A stretch of DNA of 64,000 nucleotides from the NCBI GenBank assembly GCA_040880045.1, contig JBBDJF010000094.1:10008-74007 (forward strand), in the 5' to 3' direction. Positions 1 through 7,909 of this stretch are shown piece after piece (position 1 is the first letter of the stretch; each line of letters begins with the position of its first letter). The position numbers and the translations under genes were made by a program. Below the pieces are notes generated by a model. It was not told the DNA's origin, did no database searches, and worked only from the letters and a program-made list of their open reading frames with translations. This stretch comes from Sneathiella sp. (GTDB taxonomy: Bacteria; Pseudomonadota; Alphaproteobacteria; Sneathiellales; Sneathiellaceae).

Positions 1-2
1 AT

Positions 3-881
3 CAGGATGGCGAATTAATATTACGTCATAAGCCGGAGTATGATTCCGTCTATTATGCTTATTTTGCGCCCTATTCGATGGAGCGGCATGCGGACCTGAT
101 AGCGCGGGCGGGAAAATCACCGAGGGTATCGCAATCCGTTCTGGGAAAGACCATTGATGCGCAGGACCTGGACCTTCTCTCCATCGGGGAGGCGGATAGT
201 CGTAAAAAAAACTTCTGGCTGATTGCGCGACAGCATCCTGGCGAGACGATGGCGGAATGGTGGATGGAGGGGTTGCTTGACCGCCTTCTGGACCCGTTTG
301 ATGCCGTTTCAAATGCACTCCTTGACAAGGTATGTTTTCATGTCGTGCCGAACATGAATCCGGATGGCAGCCGTCGTGGACATCTTCGTACCAATGCGAC
401 GGGAGCCAATCTGAACCGGGAATGGCAGGAACCGGACATGGAGAGGAGCCCGGAAGTTTATCTCGTGCGGGGGAAAATGCGGGATACCGGCGTTGACTTC
501 TGTCTCGATGTTCACGGAGATGAAGCTCTCCCCCATAATTTTATAGCCGGTGCGCAGGGCATCCCGAGCTGGAACGCACAAAAAGATATGCTGCTGACTG
601 ATTTCAAACGTGGTTGGCAGCAAATAAACCCCGATTTCCAAACGCAACATGGTTATCCCGTTGCGAAGAAAGGGGCGGGAAATATGGCCATTTGCGTCAA
701 TCACGTCAGTGAATATTTCGGCTGCCTCGCCATGACGCTGGAAATGCCGTTCAAGGATACGGCCGACCGACCCAATGCAAAATATGGCTGGTCACCGGAG
801 CGTGCGCAAAAACTCGGCGCATCTGTCCTTGATGTCATGTTTCTTCTTCTCGATCGCCTGCAAGGCGAAAATAAAAATTGA
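3..881 (+). CDS. M14 zinc carboxypeptidase, cytosolic carboxypeptidase (CCP/Nna1-like) type; 5' end lies outside the window
   Basis: The frame is open from base 3 (…YYAYFAPYSMERH). Motifs ARQHPGE (HxxE), NPDG, NLNR, LDVHG and TLEMP. Confidence 0.9.
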   Translation, partial: QDGELILRHKPEYDSVYYAYFAPYSMERHADLIARAGKSPRVSQSVLGKTIDAQDLDLLSIGEADSRKKNFWLIARQHPGETMAEWWMEGLLDRLLDPFDAVSNALLDKVCFHVVPNMNPDGSRRGHLRTNATGANLNREWQEPDMERSPEVYLVRGKMRDTGVDFCLDVHGDEALPHNFIAGAQGIPSWNAQKDMLLTDFKRGWQQINPDFQTQHGYPVAKKGAGNMAICVNHVSEYFGCLAMTLEMPFKDTADRPNAKYGWSPERAQKLGASVLDVMFLLLDRLQGENKN

Positions 882-964
882 AAGTCCCCTAGTTTTGAGC
901 TTCTCTTTATATGACGAAAGCCGGTTTATATCATGCGCTTTCAATAATGGGGGAGGGGAAATCA

Positions 965-1327
965 ATGCTCGCGGAAAGATTTATCAAATCGGCGACTATA
1001 TATATTATTCTCGGGATAAGCTTGGGGATTTATATGGCGGCATCTCAAGACCATTCGCAAATGCCGACGCATGCGCATCTGAATCTTCTGGGGTGGGTGA
1101 CGATGGCGCTGATGGGGCTCATTTACAAAAACTGGCCGACCGTAGCGGAGGCAAAACTCGCACCACTCACATACTGGCTTGCCCATGTCACCGTTATTGG
1201 ACTGACGCTCGGCGTTGGGTTGCTCTATGCGGGAATGACGGAGTATGAGCCAATCGCCATTGTCGCGTCATTTGTCGCGGTCTTTAATATGGCTCTGTTC
1301 GCCTTTCTCTTTTTCAAGAATGCCTGA
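965..1327 (+). CDS. Small 4-TM membrane protein with HxH motif (heme-copper oxidase subunit I homology, single unit)
   Basis: ATG at 965 follows a GGAGGGG RBS. Four hydrophobic segments and the motif THAHLNLLGW. Confidence 0.75.
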   Translation: MLAERFIKSATIYIILGISLGIYMAASQDHSQMPTHAHLNLLGWVTMALMGLIYKNWPTVAEAKLAPLTYWLAHVTVIGLTLGVGLLYAGMTEYEPIAIVASFVAVFNMALFAFLFFKNA

Positions 1328-1330
1328 ACG

Positions 1331-1867
1331 TTATTCCTCTTCGGAGGCTTCCGCAGTCAATGTCTGGCCGAGAGCGCTTGCGGTATTGTCAAGCGCGGCA
1401 AGACAATTGCTCGCCCGTGATTTCGGGATGTAAACAGAGAAGCGGGTGATAAATTTCGTTTGGCCGTCCCGATCGATACGATCCGATTTGAGCCGCACAA
1501 TGTTGGCGTCAAAATCAATGAAGACTTCCGATAGTCGCGCTAGGACACCCGGTTGGTCAGGCCCTTCGCAATGGATATGGTGGGTTATTTCCGTGGGCGG
1601 CGTGTCAACATCGCCAAAGGCAAATCGACGGACATCAATATCGGCACTTTCCATTCCTTCAAGAGAGCGTAATTCGTCAACAAGGACAGATTCAGAGAGA
1701 TCCGCCGGAATATCGATCACACTTGTGAACTCGCCACCCTTTCCAAGAACGGCGAAGGAGGTATCCTCAAGGTTGATACCCTTGTCGAAAAGATGCCCTG
1801 TGACCAGGGAAATAAGGCCTACACGGTCTTTCGAGAAAACGGATAGCAGTGCTTTATAATCTGACAT
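1331..1867 (-). CDS. Tandem ACT-domain protein, GcvR-like (glycine cleavage system regulator family)
   Basis: Two ACT repeats (SKDRVGLISLV…GINLED and GPDQPGVLARLS…DANIVRL). Start taken at MSDYK. Confidence 0.8.
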   Translation of the reverse strand: MSDYKALLSVFSKDRVGLISLVTGHLFDKGINLEDTSFAVLGKGGEFTSVIDIPADLSESVLVDELRSLEGMESADIDVRRFAFGDVDTPPTEITHHIHCEGPDQPGVLARLSEVFIDFDANIVRLKSDRIDRDGQTKFITRFSVYIPKSRASNCLAALDNTASALGQTLTAEASEEE

Positions 1868-2026
1868 GGTATTTCCCGCGCGGTTCAGTTTTAGTGGTTG
1901 TCGAATGCACAGGATTACAACCTTAACATCAATTGGACAACTCATTTGCGTATCATTCGCGAGACGTTCTACACGAAATCCGATGAATCGCGGCAGGAGA
2001 ATATTATTTCGGTTTTTTTTCGACAG

Positions 2027-2042
2027 ATAACCTTGCGTTAAC
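2027..2042 (+). promoter_or_regulatory. CtrA-like binding site
   Basis: ATAA-CCTTGCG-TTAAC versus consensus TTAA-N7-TTAAC (1 mismatch), about 105 bp upstream of the ATPase start. Confidence 0.45.
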
Positions 2043-2147
2043 GAAAAACAGGTAAGACTCGGGAGCTTATTGGCGGACTATCTGCCGGATTTCGGTTTTT
2101 CTTGTTTAATTCCAAGAAAATCACGGGAACAGAACTGGAGAATTTGA

Positions 2148-3650
2148 ATGCTCATCGGTGATATCTTGTTGGCGCAAAACTTGGTGACGCCTGAGGATAT
2201 AAAAATTGCCCTTCATCGGCAGAAGGAAAATGGCGGACGTCTCGGTGATAATCTGGTCGCTCTCGGTGCGTTGACCCAGGACCAGCTCGATCGTGCCATT
2301 TATGAGGCGCCGCGCGCGCCTAAAACCGTCGAGGAAACCGGCATTCCGCATGCCAATCTTTTGCGTATTCTCTTCAAGCTAATGTATGTCAACAGTCTGG
2401 AAACGGCCTCCGAATTATCGAGTGCAATCAAGCTCCCGATCGGGGTTGTGAACCGCCTTATTCAGGAGGCTGGTGATCGCAAGTTTCTGGAATCCCTTGG
2501 TAATGCAGATCAATCGACCTTCTCTGAAACCCGTTATGTCATGACGGAAACGGGAAAGCGCTATGCGATTGAGGCATTGGAGCAGAATCAGTATGTCGGC
2601 CCGGCCCCGGTTTCCCTGCCCGATTATCAAGCCCGGATCAATCAGCAGAAAATCACGAACGAGCGGGTTGAACAGGAGAAAATACAGAAAAGCTTCGAAA
2701 ATCTGGTCATTACAGAAGATTTCGTGCGTCGCCTGGGCCCTGGCGTGAATGCGGGCAAGAGCATTCTACTGTATGGCCCTCCGGGCAATGGTAAGACAAC
2801 AGTCGCGGAAAAGGTTGCCGAGATTTTCGCCAACGTCATCTATATCCCTTTTTGTTTTGAAGTGGATGGTCAGATCATCAAGGTCTTTGATCCGGCAATT
2901 CATAAGCCCAAATTCGGCAGCGAGCATGAAAAGACGAAAAACTCCGGCCTTCGTCGTGAAGAATTTGACGGACGCTGGGTTCCCTGTGAACGACCGGTTG
3001 TGATCACCGGCGGCGAACTTACCCTGGAAATGCTCGATCTCAGCTTTAATCCTCATGCAAAATATTATGAAGCGCCGCTTCATGTAAAAGCCTCCAACGG
3101 TACATTCATCATCGATGACTTCGGCCGCCAACTCGTCAGCCCGGAAGACCTGCTCAATCGCTGGATCGTGCCTCTGGAAAGCCGGGTTGATTATCTGAAA
3201 CTGCATACCGGGAAAAGCTTCTCGCTGCCGTTTGATGAACTGGTGATCTTTTCCACCAACCTGTCACCCGATGATCTTATGGATCCTGCCTTCCTGCGTC
3301 GTATTCCCTATAAACTGGAAACTGTCGGCCCCTCGCGTGCGCAATACGCTGAAATTTTCAAGATGGTTGGCAGCTCTCGCGGTCTTGAGATTACCGACGA
3401 CATCCTCGATACAGTGGTTGAGGAACTGCAGGTCAACAACAGTTTCGACCTCGCCTGCTATCAGCCGAAGTTCATTGTCGATCAGATAATCGCGGCCTGC
3501 AAATATCAGGGCTCCGACCCCTATGTCAGCAAGGAACTGGTCGTCGACGCCCTGAAGAACCTCTATACGTCGTCGGCCAAGGGCGCAGGCAAAACGGCGG
3601 CAAAGGCGGGTGGTGGCAATAACTCGAAGCCAGCCGTTGCTGCGGTATAA
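2148..3650 (+). CDS. AAA+ ATPase with N-terminal tandem MshEN-like motif and winged-helix-like segment
   Basis: GGAG RBS. Residues 2-54 form two 24-aa MshEN-like motifs with a 5-aa linker. Walker A GPPGNGKT, Walker B FIIDD, sensor-1 STN, Arg finger AFLRRI. Confidence 0.85.
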   Translation: MLIGDILLAQNLVTPEDIKIALHRQKENGGRLGDNLVALGALTQDQLDRAIYEAPRAPKTVEETGIPHANLLRILFKLMYVNSLETASELSSAIKLPIGVVNRLIQEAGDRKFLESLGNADQSTFSETRYVMTETGKRYAIEALEQNQYVGPAPVSLPDYQARINQQKITNERVEQEKIQKSFENLVITEDFVRRLGPGVNAGKSILLYGPPGNGKTTVAEKVAEIFANVIYIPFCFEVDGQIIKVFDPAIHKPKFGSEHEKTKNSGLRREEFDGRWVPCERPVVITGGELTLEMLDLSFNPHAKYYEAPLHVKASNGTFIIDDFGRQLVSPEDLLNRWIVPLESRVDYLKLHTGKSFSLPFDELVIFSTNLSPDDLMDPAFLRRIPYKLETVGPSRAQYAEIFKMVGSSRGLEITDDILDTVVEELQVNNSFDLACYQPKFIVDQIIAACKYQGSDPYVSKELVVDALKNLYTSSAKGAGKTAAKAGGGNNSKPAVAAV

Positions 3651-3675
3651 AACAGGGATTTTCTAAAACCTGCCC

Positions 3676-4404
3676 TCAGGTGAACTGAATGCGATTGCCC
3701 GGGAAGACCAGCCGGGCCGTCGAGATCACGTCATCGCCGAGCCAGCTTTTTCGATTGACGACAAGACAGGCTGTCGTTACTTCCAGCTCCAGAAAATGAT
3801 TAATCTCGGCATTTGAGACGGCGGCCTGTAGCGCATGGGTATGCGAGAGCAGGGCGAATTTACGGCTGAGATGCGTATCAGCGGTCATGCGGCTGAAATC
3901 CAGGCCGAGATAATCCGGCATAAACTTCGGATGAACATAGCGATCCTCCAGCATGACAGGCAGCCCGTTTTCCCGATGCACGAAGTAGGAGCGAAAAACC
4001 TCTTCGCCCGGCGTCATTGCCATCGTGGCGGCGACGGCTTTCTCGATTGCCTCTGCTTGCAGAAAATGTATATCGCACTGGTGGCGGCCGCTACGTGATC
4101 GGATGATATCATCAATTTCCCTTATCTCCAGGATCTTGGGCTGCTTTTTGGGGGCGGCGACGAAGGTGCCGACGCCCTGAATGCGTTCCAGATATCCGGC
4201 CTGAGTTAATTCACGCAGGGCCCTGTGTATGGTCATGCGGGAGATCCCCATCTCACGTACCAGTGTATGTTCGGATGGTAGCTGGAAATAGGCAGGCCAT
4301 TCTCCTGATTCCATGTTTTTCAGCACATAGGATTTAACCTGTTCATACAGTGGCTTCGGTGGTGAATAAAGGTGGTCGTCTTTTCGCGATCTAATTTGGG
4401 GCAT
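3676..4404 (-). CDS. hutC: GntR-family HutC-like transcriptional repressor (wHTH + UTRA)
   Basis: PLYEQVK…LPSEHTLV…ISRMTIHRALREL…QGVGTFV HTH, followed by a UTRA domain (HRENGLPVMLEDRYV). Confidence 0.75.
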   Translation of the reverse strand: MPQIRSRKDDHLYSPPKPLYEQVKSYVLKNMESGEWPAYFQLPSEHTLVREMGISRMTIHRALRELTQAGYLERIQGVGTFVAAPKKQPKILEIREIDDIIRSRSGRHQCDIHFLQAEAIEKAVAATMAMTPGEEVFRSYFVHRENGLPVMLEDRYVHPKFMPDYLGLDFSRMTADTHLSRKFALLSHTHALQAAVSNAEINHFLELEVTTACLVVNRKSWLGDDVISTARLVFPGNRIQFT

Positions 4405-4661
4405 CGGCAGGTCCGTCTTTTCTCTGTTGGCATATACAGGAGGACGACACACACTGCGCAGATGTGAATTCAAGGACGACGGAATGTCCGATTTTTTAAA
4501 ATAGTACTTGAACGATCATTCCAATTAAATATATGATGACTATACCGATCACCTTCATCTACACATAAATGTTGATGATCTGTGAATGGCCTGCCCCGAT
4601 TTTCTGCGCCCCTCGGGGTGGGCCAGCTTCACTTCCCATCCTTGCAAAATCCTTTTTTACC

Positions 4662-4690
4662 CTTGAATGAATTTACCTGACCGGTCATAT
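4662..4690 (+). promoter_or_regulatory. Putative RpoH (sigma32)-type promoter of htpG
   Basis: CTTGAA-N17-TCATAT, 38 bp upstream of the htpG ATG; resembles the alphaproteobacterial RpoH consensus. Confidence 0.6.
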
Positions 4691-4728
4691 AGACGGCAGA
4701 AGAATTTTTTCTGAAATGCAGGACGGAA

Positions 4729-6606
4729 ATGACAGACCATACACATGAATTTCAGGCGGAAGTCGCCAAGCTTCTGGATATTGTGACGCATTCGCTTTAC
4801 AGCGAAAAGGAAATTTTCCTGCGCGAGTTGATATCCAATGCCTCTGATGCTTGTGACCGGTTGCGCTATGAAGCGCTGACAAAACCAGACCTTATAAAAG
4901 ATGACCCGGAATTTAAAATAGTCATTACGATTGATGAGAAAACCGGAACATTGACAATTGAGGACAATGGCATTGGCATGTCGGAACAGGACATGGTGGA
5001 AAATCTGGGCACGATTGCCCGTTCGGGCACGTCGCGATTTTCCCAGGAACTGACAGGTGACGCGGCCAAGGACGTAACATTGATCGGGCAGTTCGGTGTT
5101 GGATTTTATTCTGCGTTCATGGTGGCCGACAAGGTAACAGTTACAAGTCTAACGGCTGGAGATAGTTCCGCGACGGTTTGGTCTTCTGAAGGGCATGGGA
5201 CATTCAAGATTGAACCCGGCATGCGGGAGACACGCGGCACGACAATTGTCCTGCATATGCGTAAAGAGGCAAAGGAATTTCTTGAGTCGGCGCGTCTTCG
5301 CCAAATCGTAAAAACCTATGCGGATCATATTGCCTTGCCTGTCATCCTGAAAGCCTCCAAGGAGGGTGAGGAAGATGAAACCCTTAACAGCGCGAGTGCC
5401 CTGTGGACACGATCCAAAAATGAAATAACAGAAGAGCAGTATACTGAATTCTACCATCATGTGGGGCAAGCGTTCGACGGCCCGTGGCTCACACTGCACA
5501 GTCGTGCGGAGGGTCGGATCGAATATACCATGCTGCTCTTTGTTCCGGAGCAACCGCCTTTCGACCTGTTCAACCCGGAACGTAAATCACAATTAAAACT
5601 TTATGTGAAACGGGTCTTCATTACCGATGACTGCGAAGAACTGATCCCGGCCTACCTCCGCTTCCTGCGGGGCGTCGTCGATTCAGAAGATCTGCCGCTC
5701 AATGTTAGCCGCGAGATGCTACAGCATAACCCGGTGCTTCAGAAAATCCGTAACGGCCTGATAAAGAAAGTCCTGGGGGAACTTGAAAAGAAGGCAACCA
5801 AGGCCCCGGAGAGTTTTGCAAAATTCTGGACCAATTTCGGGGCGGTGCTGAAAGAAGGGATTTATGAGGATGCTGTAAACGGGGCACGCGTACTGAAAAT
5901 CTCGCTGTTTAACAGCACGACAACGGAAACCCAAACGAACCTCGCTGATTATGTATCCCGCATGAAAGAAGGACAGGACGCCATATACTACATAACCGGT
6001 GAAGACCTCGGCGCTCTTAAATCCAGCCCGCAGCTCGAGGGATTTGCGGCGAAGGGAATTGAAGTTCTCCTGCTGGCGGACGCCGTCGATAGTTTCTGGC
6101 TGAGCCGGATAACCGAATTTGACGGGAAACCGTTCAAGTCAATAACGCGCGGCGCAGCCGAACTCGACAAGTTCACGGATACCGAAGCGGGCAAGGAAGA
6201 TGCGCCAAAACCTGAAGAAGGTGACATGGATAGTCTGATCGCCTTGTTCAAAACAGCATTGGAAGGCAAGGTAAAGGATGTTCGGACGTCTGTTCGCCTT
6301 ACCGGGAGCCCGGTATGTCTTGTCGCGGATGACGGCGATATGGACATTCACCTGGAAAAACTGCTCAAGGCACACAAGCAATTTGGCGCAGGGGACAGCC
6401 TGCGGATTTTGGAGCTGAACCCCAAGCATGCATTGATCGCAAAGCTGGCGGCGAGCGCCAGGAAAAATGGTGCGTCCGATGCCCTGGAAAATGCGGCCCT
6501 CCTGCTTCTTGACCAGGCGCATATCGTGGAGGGGGACCCTGTCGCCGATCCTGTTGCCTTCTCCAAGCGAATGGCCAGTTTTATGGCGGACAGCATTTCC
6601 GCCTGA
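4729..6606 (+). CDS. htpG: Molecular chaperone HtpG (Hsp90)
   Basis: FQAEV…YSEKEIFLRELISNASDA, DNGIGM, IGQFGVGFYS, DLPLNVSRE, LELNPKH. Confidence 0.98.
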   Translation: MTDHTHEFQAEVAKLLDIVTHSLYSEKEIFLRELISNASDACDRLRYEALTKPDLIKDDPEFKIVITIDEKTGTLTIEDNGIGMSEQDMVENLGTIARSGTSRFSQELTGDAAKDVTLIGQFGVGFYSAFMVADKVTVTSLTAGDSSATVWSSEGHGTFKIEPGMRETRGTTIVLHMRKEAKEFLESARLRQIVKTYADHIALPVILKASKEGEEDETLNSASALWTRSKNEITEEQYTEFYHHVGQAFDGPWLTLHSRAEGRIEYTMLLFVPEQPPFDLFNPERKSQLKLYVKRVFITDDCEELIPAYLRFLRGVVDSEDLPLNVSREMLQHNPVLQKIRNGLIKKVLGELEKKATKAPESFAKFWTNFGAVLKEGIYEDAVNGARVLKISLFNSTTTETQTNLADYVSRMKEGQDAIYYITGEDLGALKSSPQLEGFAAKGIEVLLLADAVDSFWLSRITEFDGKPFKSITRGAAELDKFTDTEAGKEDAPKPEEGDMDSLIALFKTALEGKVKDVRTSVRLTGSPVCLVADDGDMDIHLEKLLKAHKQFGAGDSLRILELNPKHALIAKLAASARKNGASDALENAALLLLDQAHIVEGDPVADPVAFSKRMASFMADSISA

Positions 6607-6730
6607 AATTCCCATAGATTAGCATAAAGGTCATTCTGAAGGCCGTTTCAGGAGATACATCGGCGATAACTCGGTTGATGTGAGTGTATCCTCCTGTTGA
6701 GCGAGCATAAAAATACTACTTATAATTAAA

Positions 6731-6757
6731 TATATTGAAATTAATACAATCAATATA
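6731..6757. promoter_or_regulatory. Operator-like perfect inverted repeat upstream of the lipoprotein pair
   Basis: TATATTGA-N11-TCAATATA within a very AT-rich stretch. Confidence 0.4.
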
Positions 6758-6799
6758 CAAATAGACGGGGATCGAATTTAAAAAAGATTGCGTCTTTTC

Positions 6800-7909
6800 A
6801 TGCAACCGCGCCCGCAAATTTTCCTGATTGTTTGTATCATGCTCGGCCTCGCGTCATGCAGCATAGTTGATGACACGCTGTTAACAGAGGAAATTGATGA
6901 ATTCTCCCGTGGCGCCGTCGTACTCACTGCGATCATCGAGAGTGAATTTGAACTGGCGGAGGATCTCAATACCCTTGGCTTTATGGATAACTTAGAGTTC
7001 CAGCTGGAGCTTGGAGGGCATCCGGAGCCAAACTTCAAGCCGCTATTCAAGGCCATGGACATTGCAGCCAGGAAAAACCTCCTGACAGCGCTTGAAGGCT
7101 ATGCGGAGACGTTGGCCGTCGTTGCGTCCGGTCAGTCGATTTCGTCCGTTTACAGGGCGTTCTCCGGCGCGGCGGAAAATCTGAAATCATTAAGTTCTGA
7201 TAATTTCAGCATTGGCCATTCTCTATCTCTCATGGACTCCGGGCAACTCGTAAGTGATCTCAGCCTGTTCGACGAACTGCTTATCCTGCCCGCACGTGAT
7301 AGACGTTTGCTCCCCATCGTGCAAAAAGGAAATACAACGCTGAAGAAAGCGGCAACCCTGCTGTATTTTGATATCGGTGCGCCGGAGGATCAATCGAGCA
7401 AATGCAGCTACACCTTTCCAAAAAATGACCTTGATGCCACTCTGTCCAGCATCCGCCTTTGCAAGGGTGGATTGCGTGCAATCGTCAAGAGTGCCGTCAA
7501 ATTTGATGCAAATATCTGGACTGACAAACTGGCGCAGTCAAGTCAGAGCGACACCTCGAATACTTTGCCGCTACGCGATGTTATCAGGAAAATTGTCTCA
7601 ATCCAGAAGCTCGGCTTGTCGTTCGACAAGTTGCTGAGTGATACGCAGGCGGCTCTGGTCGCAATGGTTGCCGCCCATAAAGCCATCAGCGATACGCTTA
7701 AAGCAGCACAAAAATCGCGACTTTCCTCGCTACCCGCAGCACTAAAAAGCTCTTCCTTTCAGAGAGAAGTGCAAGGGCTCCTAAAAGCGGCGGCTGAGAC
7801 AAAATCAGTGCTTCTGGAATTAACAGATAATTCTGTGACTGCGCAAAATGACCAAACCACCCCCACTACTTTGCAACCAAGTGGAAAAAAAGATGACAAC
7901 CAGCAATGA
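6800..7909 (+). CDS. Uncharacterised, predicted all-helical lipoprotein
   Basis: Signal peptide with lipobox LGLAS-C. Amphipathic heptad-like segments, an internal Cys pair and a low-complexity polar tail. Confidence 0.75.
   Translation: MQPRPQIFLIVCIMLGLASCSIVDDTLLTEEIDEFSRGAVVLTAIIESEFELAEDLNTLGFMDNLEFQLELGGHPEPNFKPLFKAMDIAARKNLLTALEGYAETLAVVASGQSISSVYRAFSGAAENLKSLSSDNFSIGHSLSLMDSGQLVSDLSLFDELLILPARDRRLLPIVQKGNTTLKKAATLLYFDIGAPEDQSSKCSYTFPKNDLDATLSSIRLCKGGLRAIVKSAVKFDANIWTDKLAQSSQSDTSNTLPLRDVIRKIVSIQKLGLSFDKLLSDTQAALVAMVAAHKAISDTLKAAQKSRLSSLPAALKSSSFQREVQGLLKAAAETKSVLLELTDNSVTAQNDQTTPTTLQPSGKKDDNQQ

Noticed and set aside
4436-4486. Cluster of GGA motifs and an AGGACGAC direct repeat suggesting a CsrA/RsmA sponge RNA
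   Set aside because: Only about four motifs, not clearly in hairpin loops, and CsrA systems are uncommon in alphaproteobacteria.
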